Source: Promethearchaeota archaeon (GTDB lineage Archaea; Asgardarchaeota; Lokiarchaeia; Sigyniarchaeales; SOKP01). From it: a DNA stretch of 64,000 bases. The position numbers and the translations under genes are program-made. Every line of letters starts with the position of its first letter. Position 1 is the first letter of the stretch. The notes under the pieces were generated by a model, which worked only from the letters and a program-made list of their open reading frames with translations, searched no databases and was not told the DNA's origin. The stretch lies in NCBI GenBank assembly GCA_030599585.1, contig JAUVNS010000001.1:256001-320000 (forward strand), given 5' to 3'. Of the stretch, positions 27,838 through 38,102 are shown one piece after another.

Positions 27838-29007
27838 GTGAAGAGGAGACTAATGGACACAGGAGACGATTTTATTACTTCAGAATTTTTACATTTGCTG
27901 TTTTTTGAGCAAAAGAATTTAGTAATATTTCCTTACGTCGATTTGAAACACCTTAGGTCTGTGGATTTGTTTATCGTAGGCTTCGAGACAGTAGACATCG
28001 ATTCCACCGTAATCCACAACCTAAATGAGATAATAGAATACGAGTGTAACAATTCCTATTCTCAACTACAAACTCTTTACTTCATACTCAACCCTTCGTT
28101 CGAAGAACTGGAGATATTAGTGGATTCCCCTAGGTTAAGATGCGTCATCAACTCAAAGGAGAACGTAGAAAACTTAGCAAACGGCGATCAGTTCGTCTTT
28201 TACAACAAAAAAAACAATACTTTCTTAAACTACGAGTTTGAAGGTAGAGATTTATCTTTTGAAGAAGAGATACTACGAAGTTCTCCTACCACACAAGCAA
28301 TCGTGGACGAGCTTCTTAAAATCAAAAGTGTTTCTTCTAAAATTTTTTCCGAGTTAAATCAAAACAATAGTTCCGATAACCTTTCCGAAATTCTTGACGA
28401 ATACGACCAGAAATATTGGAATAAAATTCTACGGTTTACTGGGTTGTATTACCAAATAGAAATCCCGGAGTTTGATCGCCCTGTCCAGTTACCTAAGAAG
28501 AAAAGTTCAAGTAAAGAGATCGACTACTCTGCAGAGTACGAAGTGATTATTAAGACCAACCGAAAAATAGGAAGGTCGTTTATTCACTTAATCCACGATT
28601 ATCGCTACGACAGGGTCAATCCGGCAAATTTAGAAGTATTACAACTTTTTTACCCCCAGAAACTTTACAATTACCTTAGGAATCACCATTGGAAAAACGG
28701 AATGCCGATAGAGTTCGCGATTACATGGCTTAAAAACATCCAAAAAGATTTTTCGGACCCCGAAGAGGCATTAACGGAGTTCCAGGTAATACTAAATAAG
28801 TTGCATTTGTCTTATTCTGTTAATAATATCGATTTAGAGTGCAAATCCGAACCAGAAAAAAAAGAAGCTATTCGAAGCAAAATACCAGAAACTATACCGA
28901 ATGTAAAACAACCGAGAAATACAAAGGCGATTCCTTCAACTAATAATTTTCCTGAGTTCAAAAAGTGGTTATTAAACAAATTAAGCGAACTAGAAAAAAT
29001 CGTGTAA
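27838..29007 (+). CDS. Hypothetical protein (third gene of the mglBA-like operon)
   Basis: Long ORF 31 nt after the GTPase; no recognisable motif. Confidence 0.7.
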   Translation: MKRRLMDTGDDFITSEFLHLLFFEQKNLVIFPYVDLKHLRSVDLFIVGFETVDIDSTVIHNLNEIIEYECNNSYSQLQTLYFILNPSFEELEILVDSPRLRCVINSKENVENLANGDQFVFYNKKNNTFLNYEFEGRDLSFEEEILRSSPTTQAIVDELLKIKSVSSKIFSELNQNNSSDNLSEILDEYDQKYWNKILRFTGLYYQIEIPEFDRPVQLPKKKSSSKEIDYSAEYEVIIKTNRKIGRSFIHLIHDYRYDRVNPANLEVLQLFYPQKLYNYLRNHHWKNGMPIEFAITWLKNIQKDFSDPEEALTEFQVILNKLHLSYSVNNIDLECKSEPEKKEAIRSKIPETIPNVKQPRNTKAIPSTNNFPEFKKWLLNKLSELEKIV

Positions 29008-29139
29008 GAATGTTTTAAAATGCTCTCAGATCGAGCGCTGATTATACTTATGTTTTAGAGACTTATGTTTAAGGATGAATGTTTTTTTCATCTCCAAAAA
29101 TGTCATATTTTTTAACGAAGATATCTTACAATTAAAATT

Positions 29140-30441
29140 ATGGAGTATAGTGGTAAAAATGAAAAGGATTTTGATTCTCCTACTTTGATTAACTACTTAA
29201 GACAAGACATCCCCATAGAGGAAATTAGAGATTATTCCTCATCGGGAAGAATAGCGAGTATTGATTTTATAAAAGGTTTTGCAATAATCTTCATAATGTT
29301 AGCCCATTATGCTGCCGTTTGGTTGGATCAAGATTGGTATTTTGTGTACGGATTAGCCTTTATGTTTCTAGATATTTTAGGTCCATCGCTCTTTATTTTT
29401 CTCTCTGCTTTAAGTGTAGTTTTTACTGTGAAAAGAAAAGCAGGAAGAATGCCTGAAAAACTTATTAGAAATCGAGTTTTCTCACGAGGGCTGATAATTA
29501 TGGTGATTGGAGTGTTTATAAATTTGACAGTAACCAATTATCCCTTCCCGTTAAATCTATGGGGTTGGAATATTTTATTTTTCATGGGATTTTCCCAAAT
29601 TTTTTCGTATTACGCATTAAAAATAACAAAAATGCCTCGTGCTATTATTGGAATATTTATCATTTTTTTAACTCCCACTATTAGAGCGTTTCTCTATACT
29701 GGAAAGGATACAAACTTAATTATAACTTTTTTTCACTTCATTATAACTTCAGCAAACCCATCCGTCACGCTTTTGCCTTGGCTTTCGATTTGTTTTATTT
29801 CTACGATTTTTGGAGAATATCTTTATGAGGCGATGGAGCAAAAATCAGAAAAAACCTACAGCGGATTATTTCGGATCTTTATTTCATGGGGCATTTTCCT
29901 TATTCTAGCGGGAGTTATTATGGGATACACTCTTCAAACGGTAGATTCCATGAACATATTAGAATATGGCCATTTATCTCTTTTGGAAATAGCCAACAGT
30001 CAGAACTTTTTTTACTTACCTGGTATGCCTGATTTTTTAATTAGAGGAACTGCTTCCAATATGCTTTATGATTTAGGTGCTGCTCTCACAATTATTGCTG
30101 TTGCTTTTTATTTCATTGATTTAAAAGGGAAATCGAATGATATCGTAAAGATGTTTAATTACTATGGGAAAATTTCCTTAAGCCTTTTTATGATCCATTT
30201 TATCTTCATGCCCTTATACGTTAAACAATTGAACATATATCTCTTCGTTGTGATCTTTATGGCGAATGTTGGATTATTAGGATTTTTGATGTATATATGG
30301 AATGAATATGGAAAAGGAATTGGATCGCCAGAATGGCTAATGGTACAGATTGGAAGGATTGGACAAAAAACCGGCGAAAATATTAAAAAAACTTCGAAGG
30401 TTGCAGTTGGAAAAACTAAACAAGCAATTAAAAAAATTTAA
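29140..30441 (+). CDS. HGSNAT/DUF1624-like membrane acyltransferase
   Basis: RIASIDFIKGFAIIFIMLAH motif; many TM. Confidence 0.8.
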   Translation: MEYSGKNEKDFDSPTLINYLRQDIPIEEIRDYSSSGRIASIDFIKGFAIIFIMLAHYAAVWLDQDWYFVYGLAFMFLDILGPSLFIFLSALSVVFTVKRKAGRMPEKLIRNRVFSRGLIIMVIGVFINLTVTNYPFPLNLWGWNILFFMGFSQIFSYYALKITKMPRAIIGIFIIFLTPTIRAFLYTGKDTNLIITFFHFIITSANPSVTLLPWLSICFISTIFGEYLYEAMEQKSEKTYSGLFRIFISWGIFLILAGVIMGYTLQTVDSMNILEYGHLSLLEIANSQNFFYLPGMPDFLIRGTASNMLYDLGAALTIIAVAFYFIDLKGKSNDIVKMFNYYGKISLSLFMIHFIFMPLYVKQLNIYLFVVIFMANVGLLGFLMYIWNEYGKGIGSPEWLMVQIGRIGQKTGENIKKTSKVAVGKTKQAIKKI

Positions 30442-30465
30442 AAAATAAAACTAAAAAAAAGAATT

Positions 30466-31563
30466 TTAGGTTGATTTAATTTCAAGTTTCTTGGCAAGTA
30501 TTTTAGCAAAAAGTTCTTCGTCAGTATCGGGAGGAATTTCAACTTTGTCCTTTTTAATTAATTGAATCGCTTCTTCGGGACATCTGGGAACGCAGTTTCC
30601 GCAACCAATGCATCTTCTTTTATTAACCTTGGAAATTTCATTTTTCATTTTAATCGCATCAATCTGACAAACATCTATGCACGTTCCACATCCCACACAC
30701 ATATCTGCATCAATTTGAGCAAAATAATTAGTTGTAAAAAAATCCACGGTTTTTGGAAATTCTTTTAAAGTTGTTATAATTCCACAGCAACATCCACAGC
30801 AGCTACATATGAATTTTGAATCCTTAGCGTTTTCTGCTTGGAAAACTAGGCCCTCTTCCTGATTCATCCGTAACATTTCAAGGGCTTCTTCGCGAGTTAC
30901 CTCCCTCCCCCACCCTTCATTAAGATACATACCAGCCATCTCTCCCATTCCAAAGCAAGTTTCATAACGTGAAGTAACCTTACAAGTTTCACCTCCCATT
31001 TTATGAGCTTTCCGGCAGATACATTCTATCGCCACATAAGGACCAGGATTATTGCTTACGAGCTTTTCAAGTTCTTCATATGATGGTAAGCTGTGTTCTG
31101 TTGTTACACTTTTTTCTACTGGAACCGTCCTAAATTGTGATATTTTCGTTCCAAATAGCTCCATACCAAATTCATTTCCCGCATATTCGCTAATATCCTC
31201 TAAGAATTCTGGAGTAAGTCTATTAATTTGATACTCGTACATTCCAATAACAAGATAGGCGTTTGCATAGTGTTTTTCCCCATCTACAATTTTATAATGG
31301 ATTGCCCCCTTGCTTGACATTATATCTAACTTTTCTCTCAATTCGGAAATATTCATGTCCAATTTAAATCTCTCATGAATCTTTTCTAAAGGCTCATATT
31401 TATCCGTTAACTTTGTAGCGATAACTGCTTCTTCGGGCTCAAATAAATGTTTCAATATTCTAATGCCTGCTCCGGTTTTAGAAACTGGAAATCCAATAGG
31501 ATATTTATCTAGATGCTCGCGTAAATTTTCATAAACACTTTCTAAATCTAATTTAGATTGCAT
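30466..31563 (-). CDS. 4Fe-4S dicluster (ferredoxin) domain protein
   Basis: CICR, CSCCGCCC, CVGCGTCIDVC and CIGCGNCVPRC motifs. Confidence 0.9.
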   Translation of the reverse strand: MQSKLDLESVYENLREHLDKYPIGFPVSKTGAGIRILKHLFEPEEAVIATKLTDKYEPLEKIHERFKLDMNISELREKLDIMSSKGAIHYKIVDGEKHYANAYLVIGMYEYQINRLTPEFLEDISEYAGNEFGMELFGTKISQFRTVPVEKSVTTEHSLPSYEELEKLVSNNPGPYVAIECICRKAHKMGGETCKVTSRYETCFGMGEMAGMYLNEGWGREVTREEALEMLRMNQEEGLVFQAENAKDSKFICSCCGCCCGIITTLKEFPKTVDFFTTNYFAQIDADMCVGCGTCIDVCQIDAIKMKNEISKVNKRRCIGCGNCVPRCPEEAIQLIKKDKVEIPPDTDEELFAKILAKKLEIKST

Positions 31564-31789
31564 AATAATTCACTCTATTATTAAAAATGGATTAACGAAG
31601 ATTAAGTAAGAAAGAGATGTTTTTAACATTTTTGTAACAAAAAAAAATTTGCTTTTATTCGATGATAAAAATTAGTAAATACACTCTGAAATCTCGAAAT
31701 ATGATATTTTCTATTTTTTTAAAATTTTCATTTATATAGATTCGTTTACTAGTTGGAAGTATCAAAACTACATAGTTACAACGAAAAAA

Positions 31790-33025
31790 ATGATTACGCA
31801 AGAAACAATATCTTATCCAATTATTCCATATAAGAGGTTAAGTCCGAAATCAGTAGATGAGTTCTTAGACATTTTTGAAGATGTGTTAGATCTTAATCTG
31901 GAGAAAGGGATGGAGTTAGATTTTACTATCGATAGCAAGTTGGGTTCGGACAAAATTAGCCCTACCCTATTTTTAGCGAAGCCTAAGGACGCTGTTGAGA
32001 TTGCAAATATTTGTAAGGAAGTGTACGAAGGCTCTTACCCATACAAAGAGATAGAAGACCCAGAAGAAGTGAAGAAAATGATCGAAAGCCCCGAAAACCA
32101 TTTTATTCTCTTTAAAATTGAGGAGGACATAGTCGGTTGTTTTCGGTGCGCGTTGGATTTTGAGCATTTTAAGGGTTACACAGGAGGTTTTATGGTTCGA
32201 CAAGAATATCAAGGAATTATCGATGTTACTAAATCGATTATCGGATCTTACGCGTGGATGTGGAGTACCTATAAGGACGAAATATTAATGTGGTATTGTG
32301 AGAATCGAACAGCGCACGCAGCTTCACAGTATATAACTTCTGTGTGTGGAATAAACACTGTGGCGTTCTTTCCTAACAAAGATGTCTTTTTCGATCAAGT
32401 AGAATCGGATGTAATGGGTGTAGTTTTTAGAGAGAAAGCTCTTAAGGAATATCGAGAAACTCAAAAACCCCAATTAATTCGGAATGCACTCGACAGCTTC
32501 CTTCACTGCGATAATATTTATCGACTCGGCGGATTTAACTTGGTTTGTCCGGACATTCAACTTAATTACGAAAAAATCGAGGTACTCCATAAATCTTTTC
32601 GAAGAGATGTGATCAAGGATAAATATGGTTACCAATATAACCAATTTTTTATTACAGGAACAAAATCATATTTTTCATTTCTCCATACTCCCTGTATACA
32701 GAACCTCGAGAAAACCAAATATCACGTTGAATCTTTAGAAGAACTCTATATATACTTGGAGGAATTCTTAAAAGTGATTAAAGAAAACTCAATAAGATAC
32801 AGCGAAGCTTTTGTTTCTGCACTTAATCCTGAACACCAACAACTATTTTACGAGTTCGGCTTTAGAGCGAGGGGATACGTACCGTGTTGGAGTTACAAAA
32901 AAGATGATAAATCTTTCGAGGATTACGTGGTGTTTAATTATTTCGAGGGTAGCGTTCCGAAAGCTACCTTACTTCCGGTCGGTCAAGATTTAGTAAACAT
33001 GTTAAACCTACAAATTAACATTTGA
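31790..33025 (+). CDS. GNAT-fold protein
   Basis: AKPKDAVEIANICKEVYEGSYPY, GFMVRQEYQG and CENRTAHAASQ motifs; variant motif TTTTCATTTATATA at 31725-31738. Confidence 0.65.
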   Translation: MITQETISYPIIPYKRLSPKSVDEFLDIFEDVLDLNLEKGMELDFTIDSKLGSDKISPTLFLAKPKDAVEIANICKEVYEGSYPYKEIEDPEEVKKMIESPENHFILFKIEEDIVGCFRCALDFEHFKGYTGGFMVRQEYQGIIDVTKSIIGSYAWMWSTYKDEILMWYCENRTAHAASQYITSVCGINTVAFFPNKDVFFDQVESDVMGVVFREKALKEYRETQKPQLIRNALDSFLHCDNIYRLGGFNLVCPDIQLNYEKIEVLHKSFRRDVIKDKYGYQYNQFFITGTKSYFSFLHTPCIQNLEKTKYHVESLEELYIYLEEFLKVIKENSIRYSEAFVSALNPEHQQLFYEFGFRARGYVPCWSYKKDDKSFEDYVVFNYFEGSVPKATLLPVGQDLVNMLNLQINI

Positions 33026-33642
33026 TCTCATTAACAACATTTATATATCGAATTTTATTGTTGAATTACATGGACGATATATCAAGAGACGAATATGAAA
33101 TCATAGATCTAATTTTTACATTCCTTAACACGCTGTGTATGGTCTTAACGGCATTCTTTCTTCTAAATAATCTGATAATTTCTCTTATATATAGCATTGC
33201 AGTTGTAATGTTCGCATTTGTAGTTATATACATGTGGGTAGCTCGGAACCCATTTAATATCTATCTAATTAGAGCCTTTGCTTTTAATAATTTTATCTTT
33301 TCATTTATATCGCTCATCTTTTTCTTTTCTAATTTTGCTCACGCCTTAACCGAAAATCTTGGGTACGTAGTATTCCTTTTCCCTTCAGGTTTTTATCTTT
33401 TAATTTCGTATAAATTTTCTGCAGTTACACTTCCTTATGATAAAAAGACTGGTGCTATGTTAGCCTATACTGGAAGAACTGAGGCTTCACGACTACAGTT
33501 ATTTAGAGATAATATGGAGGAAAGGAAAAATCGAGAAGAATTAGTTGCCAAACAGAAGAAAGTATTTAAATATAATTTAATCATAGTTTTAACAATATCT
33601 TTAACTCTAATTAGTCTATTAACTCTAATCTTTGGATTTTAA
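33022..33642 (+). CDS. Hypothetical membrane protein
   Basis: ORF track; 5 TM. Confidence 0.7.
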   Translation: MISLTTFIYRILLLNYMDDISRDEYEIIDLIFTFLNTLCMVLTAFFLLNNLIISLIYSIAVVMFAFVVIYMWVARNPFNIYLIRAFAFNNFIFSFISLIFFFSNFAHALTENLGYVVFLFPSGFYLLISYKFSAVTLPYDKKTGAMLAYTGRTEASRLQLFRDNMEERKNREELVAKQKKVFKYNLIIVLTISLTLISLLTLIFGF

Positions 33643-33690
33643 TTTTTTTTTTATTTAGCATTAGGAGTTATAAAATTAGTAAATTTCGTT

Positions 33691-33705
33691 TTTTTTCTTT
33701 AAATA
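33691..33705 (+). promoter_or_regulatory. Pyrimidine-BRE/TATA motif TTTTTTCTTTAAATA
   Basis: Read directly; 58 nt before the ATG at 33764. Confidence 0.55.
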
Positions 33706-33763
33706 TAATCCATTTTGGAGAATATTATCGTTTTTAATTTAAAAAAATTAAAGTGATGAAAAA

Positions 33764-34936
33764 ATGGAAATTAGTTTAGAGAAACCCATTTCAAAAGAGT
33801 TTACTGTCGCATCAACCCGTAATATTACGGAAATTCAATATGTTTTAACTGAGCTTTTATACGTTCCTGATGAGAGATTAAAACTTGTGGTTGTATTAGA
33901 TCTTGCAGATTATCTTTTAGAGAAATTTTCGAAACCAGACTATAAGATTAGCTTTTTTTATAGCACTCAGAACGGAATCTTAACGGGATTCGTAATATGT
34001 CAAATAGACGACGAGTACAAAAGTTACGGTAAGCCGTGCCCTACTTTTGGCTGGCTCCATGCTAAAAATTATCTTTCCTGTAAGAGGCTTATGAACGAAT
34101 GTGAAAATTTCGTTCGACAGAACAACTTTCGAAAGCTTAGAGGTCCTGTGAATTATCCCAAACTTATTGGGGGAATCGGTTGGCAGACCGAAGGTTTTGC
34201 TGCTCCGATGATGAGTGGAGTAGCATATAACGATCCAGGATCAAATGCTCTAGTTTACTTAAAAGAATTAGGCTTCAAGATTGACACAAAATATTCTTGC
34301 GTAGACGCTTTCGTTAAGATTTGGTCCAAAGGAAAAGAATTAGATGAAGATATTATGCTTCGTTTTTTACCGCTCGAAGAAATAAAAGCATTGAAGGGCC
34401 AAATATTGAAATTAGCTCAACAATCTTTTTATTCCATATTAGCTGACGCTTCAGGAGGTCAATCTCGGTTTGAAGAGATAATGGAAATTTTTTACCAAGC
34501 TAGCAAAAAGGTTAAAATATTAAATCCCGGCTTCGATCCCCAGACCTACGCTGACATGCCAGGCTTTTTAGAAACTTGGAATGCAGCCGATCTCGAAAAT
34601 ATCGTCTCCACGAGCATTTTTGCTTTTGATAGAGGTTCTGGAGAGCTTGTGGGAGTATTGATGGCTCAACCAAATATGTTTCAGTTGTGGGCTGATGAAC
34701 CACTTACGCACATGAACGTTGATACGGTAATTATCAAAAAAGAATACGCTGGAAGAGGTATATTTTCTGCGCTTCATAATGTTGGTAAAACGCTATCGTC
34801 TGCTGTGTACGGGTATGATTACTATGAAGGGACAACTATTTGGGCAAACAATGACCGCGCAATTAAATCGATCTTTCCCCACAGCTCCCCACTAAGAACT
34901 CACTATGTGGTCCAGAAGCGAATCTTAAGAAAATAA
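33764..34936 (+). CDS. Tandem-GNAT (YghO-like) acyltransferase
   Basis: FGWL...LRGPVN...GWQTEGF...YNDP; KKEYAGRGIFSAL; IWANNDRAI. Confidence 0.7.
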   Translation: MEISLEKPISKEFTVASTRNITEIQYVLTELLYVPDERLKLVVVLDLADYLLEKFSKPDYKISFFYSTQNGILTGFVICQIDDEYKSYGKPCPTFGWLHAKNYLSCKRLMNECENFVRQNNFRKLRGPVNYPKLIGGIGWQTEGFAAPMMSGVAYNDPGSNALVYLKELGFKIDTKYSCVDAFVKIWSKGKELDEDIMLRFLPLEEIKALKGQILKLAQQSFYSILADASGGQSRFEEIMEIFYQASKKVKILNPGFDPQTYADMPGFLETWNAADLENIVSTSIFAFDRGSGELVGVLMAQPNMFQLWADEPLTHMNVDTVIIKKEYAGRGIFSALHNVGKTLSSAVYGYDYYEGTTIWANNDRAIKSIFPHSSPLRTHYVVQKRILRK

Positions 34937-34949
34937 AATTTTATTCTTT

Positions 34950-34966
34950 TTTTTCCTTTTTATATA
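34950..34966 (+). promoter_or_regulatory. Pyrimidine-BRE/TATA motif TTTTTCCTTTTTATATA
   Basis: Read directly; 58 nt before the ATG at 35025; may double as a terminator. Confidence 0.5.
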
Positions 34967-35024
34967 TCGACTCATTTTCGATGTAAACTAAAAAAAAATC
35001 AAAGATAAAGAGAAAATTAAAATT

Positions 35025-36710
35025 ATGACAATTGCATTAGTAAAAGTATCGTGCATCAATGATCGATTAATACCACTTGGACTTGCTTGCTTACAGGCAT
35101 TTCTTAAGCACAATTTAATTCCAGTAAAGATTTTTAATTTTAGAACATCTGATTACACCCTACCTAAAGTTGTTTTTGATCCACTTATCCAGTTGAACCT
35201 AACCAATTTTATTGTGAACCATCAAGATATACCGCTTTTAATCCCTATTACGAACGATATTCTAAACAATCGGGAAGTAAACATAAGTGAGGGTTTGTAT
35301 CCAGATATCTTAAAGGATTATTCTCTGAGAATGTTCGAAAATCCCGATACGACAAAAAGCCGATTTGAAAGTATGATAAATTATTGTAAAAACACAGTTC
35401 TGGATGCGTTAAAAGAGTTTGATACACTTGGTTTCTCGCTAAACTATCTAAACATTTCTGAAACTGTTATCTCAACTTGCTTCTTAAAACTACACAATCC
35501 TAAATGTAAAATAATATGGGGCGGTCCCACCATCACGCAATCTTACGATGCCTTTAAAATATTCCTCGATAATGGTATTTGCGATGGGTTAGTTATAGGA
35601 GAAGGTGAAAAGCCATTATTGGATATTGCTCGTGGAAACGATTTAAAGGGAATTAAAGGAGTAATGAGCATAAATGAGAAAGGCATAGTTCAGTTTTCTA
35701 AGGGAGAACAAATCGATTTGGATTTACTACCCACACCAGATTATACCGATATTCCATTGGACACCTATTATCAAATCGCCTCAACATACCGATCACGCGG
35801 GTGTACGAATAGATGTAAATTTTGTGCGGAGTGGAAACTGTTTGGACCTCGATTTAGAACTCGTTCGATCGAAAAAGTCGTTCGAGATATAGAAAAAATA
35901 GTTCAAAATCACAAACCAGGGTATATGTTATTTGGAGAATCGTTAATAAACGACGATTTAGACTATTTCGAGCAGTTATGTGACGCTTTAATCGATAAAA
36001 ACTTAGATATTAAGTTTGGTACGCACTTTAGGGCCAATATCACTCCAGGTCTAGCTAAGAAAGCGAAACTAGCGGGATTCGAGGACGCTTGGGTGGGATT
36101 TGAGGCGTTTTCTGACGAAGATTTAAAAGAAATGAACAAAGGAACGAGCGTGTATCAAAACATGGAAACGATCGAGAACTTAACTCAAGCAGGCGTGAAT
36201 GTTATTGCGATGTTAGTAGTTGGGTTCAGTGATCTTGACACAGAATTAAAGAACAGCGAAAATGTGGTTAACACAATAGAATATTATTCCAACAAGAAAC
36301 GTAAAACCGAAGATGGCAATCAGGTTCAGCTCCCAATACAATTTCGCCCAGCTCCCATATATCTCGTGCCAGGTTCGTTGGATTATCAAAATAAAATAAT
36401 ATCTGACACGAAGCCATGGAAATGTACTGTAGTATCGAAACAAAATCAACTCGAGATTAAAAATCTTGAACGCGAACTAAACACAATTCCATACACATTT
36501 GAGCGCCCTATACCTAATCAAAAAGTCGCACAGTTTATACAAATAATACAAGACGCAGATCGAAAAGCAGGGTTTACTATTGGTGGGGTCACGAAATATG
36601 TCATTGATTATACGATGGAAGAACGCAGAAAAAACCGTAAAGCGCGAAAAATACAGAGAATTGGAGTGTCTGCTCAACGACTTGAACAAGATGTTGATCT
36701 GCAAATCTAA
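35025..36710 (+). CDS. B12-binding radical SAM protein
   Basis: PLGLACL, IIWGGP, GEGE and SRGCTNRCKFC motifs. Confidence 0.9.
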   Translation: MTIALVKVSCINDRLIPLGLACLQAFLKHNLIPVKIFNFRTSDYTLPKVVFDPLIQLNLTNFIVNHQDIPLLIPITNDILNNREVNISEGLYPDILKDYSLRMFENPDTTKSRFESMINYCKNTVLDALKEFDTLGFSLNYLNISETVISTCFLKLHNPKCKIIWGGPTITQSYDAFKIFLDNGICDGLVIGEGEKPLLDIARGNDLKGIKGVMSINEKGIVQFSKGEQIDLDLLPTPDYTDIPLDTYYQIASTYRSRGCTNRCKFCAEWKLFGPRFRTRSIEKVVRDIEKIVQNHKPGYMLFGESLINDDLDYFEQLCDALIDKNLDIKFGTHFRANITPGLAKKAKLAGFEDAWVGFEAFSDEDLKEMNKGTSVYQNMETIENLTQAGVNVIAMLVVGFSDLDTELKNSENVVNTIEYYSNKKRKTEDGNQVQLPIQFRPAPIYLVPGSLDYQNKIISDTKPWKCTVVSKQNQLEIKNLERELNTIPYTFERPIPNQKVAQFIQIIQDADRKAGFTIGGVTKYVIDYTMEERRKNRKARKIQRIGVSAQRLEQDVDLQI

Positions 36711-36795
36711 TTCTTATTTGAAAAAAAAATATAACTCAAGAGCTATCACTAAAAATTTAAATAAAAATCTATCATTATCAAAATTGGTTATAAAG

Positions 36796-37194
36796 ATGTC
36801 GAAACCAACAAAAGAAGACGCAGCATTGTTACTCCAATTATTGTCGGTATTTGCTGCGAACGAAAAAAATAATATAGCTGCCAACTGGGTCTTTGAAAAA
36901 CTTCACGAAAAGGATTACGATGATTTCAAAACCAAGTATCCAATGGGAAGTGAAGGATATAAAAACCTCGCAAGATTTGCTAGCAATGGAGAACTTATAG
37001 GTACGCTTGTTAACCAGGAACTTCTTAGTGAAGATCTAGTTTTTGATTTATGGGGTGGGATGCTTTGGGAAAAAGTTGAACCAATTCTTCTTGGTATGCG
37101 AAAAGAAGCAAATATGCCTAGATTATACGAAAACTATGAAGTTTGCGCTAAGAAATATCAAACTTGGGCCGAGAAAAATCCTCCTAAAGTTTAA
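36796..37194 (+). CDS. DUF4760-like hypothetical protein (true start probably ATG 36796)
   Basis: MSKPTKEDAALLLQL...ELIGTLVNQELL...YENYE. Confidence 0.7.
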   Translation: MSKPTKEDAALLLQLLSVFAANEKNNIAANWVFEKLHEKDYDDFKTKYPMGSEGYKNLARFASNGELIGTLVNQELLSEDLVFDLWGGMLWEKVEPILLGMRKEANMPRLYENYEVCAKKYQTWAEKNPPKV

Positions 37195-37325
37195 AAATTC
37201 AATATTAAAGAAATTCTTTTTTTTTTTTTTATCAAAATTAATTTAATTCTTTGAATGGTATAAATTTATTAAGCGTAAATTTATTTTCATTATTGCTATA
37301 TTTCTTATTTAGGTGATATGATTAA

Positions 37326-37586
37326 ATGGATGAAATTACGGGAATTCTTAGCGTTAAAATTGCACGAGTCGGAACCAAATCTGAAGGGCCTGATTATTAT
37401 ATTAAACCTCTGGATGATTATGCAAATAGATGGTCAGAAATTCTTGTATGGAAAAAAACTCATTTATGGGAGAACGATCCTGGATTGCATAAGTTTATAG
37501 ATAAAAAAGTGCTAATACTTGGCGAGATAATTGAAACAAAGAGTACAATTACCGTTGAGTATGAATTCGTTGAAGTTTTAGATTGA
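37326..37586 (+). CDS. Hypothetical small protein
   Basis: ORF track; AGGTGA SD upstream. Confidence 0.65.
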   Translation: MDEITGILSVKIARVGTKSEGPDYYIKPLDDYANRWSEILVWKKTHLWENDPGLHKFIDKKVLILGEIIETKSTITVEYEFVEVLD

Positions 37587-37640
37587 ATATTTATTTTATT
37601 CAAACCAAAGATGTAAAGAACTGAAAAATAGCTTAAAAGA

Positions 37641-37865
37641 TTAAGCTTTTATTTTTTTGAGTTTATGAAATTTATTTGAGTAATTTTCTTTATAAGTTGA
37701 ACCTTGTTTAGTTTTACGTTCTCTCAGAATTTCCTTTACCATTGCTGCACTTCCACCCTTTAAAAACAATTTAATGAATTTTAACTCGTTCACGCTTATA
37801 TTTAGCGATTGTAAAAATTCGGGGTGCCGATAATTCCCCCATTCTATATTTCGATTTTTTTTCAA
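37641..37865 (-). CDS. Hypothetical small protein
   Basis: ORF track; overlaps 37862-38050. Confidence 0.55.
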   Translation of the reverse strand: MKKNRNIEWGNYRHPEFLQSLNISVNELKFIKLFLKGGSAAMVKEILRERKTKQGSTYKENYSNKFHKLKKIKA

Positions 37866-38050
37866 GTAATTAACCTCTTTTTTGCGTATTTTTTCACCAT
37901 TTTATCCCAATTAACCGAATCAAGACAGCTGGGCATTAGAAAATCGCCTATTGAGGGCGAAATTCTGTTCGATTGGAAATTTTCTTCATAGATATAGCTA
38001 AAATTATTATCTTGATCAATATTCTGTTTGTAGATATCTAAACACCTCAT
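37862..38050 (-). CDS. Hypothetical small protein
   Basis: ORF track; preceded by the special motif. Confidence 0.55.
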   Translation of the reverse strand: MRCLDIYKQNIDQDNNFSYIYEENFQSNRISPSIGDFLMPSCLDSVNWDKMVKKYAKKRLIT

Positions 38051-38102
38051 ATTTTTTAATATTAAATAAGCTTGAGTAGTTAAATATCTAAAATTATGAA
38101 GT

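Noticed and set aside
36580-36795. N-terminal extension of ORF 36580-37194
   Set aside because: It overlaps the radical SAM gene and its intergenic region; the protein-like sequence starts at ATG 36796.
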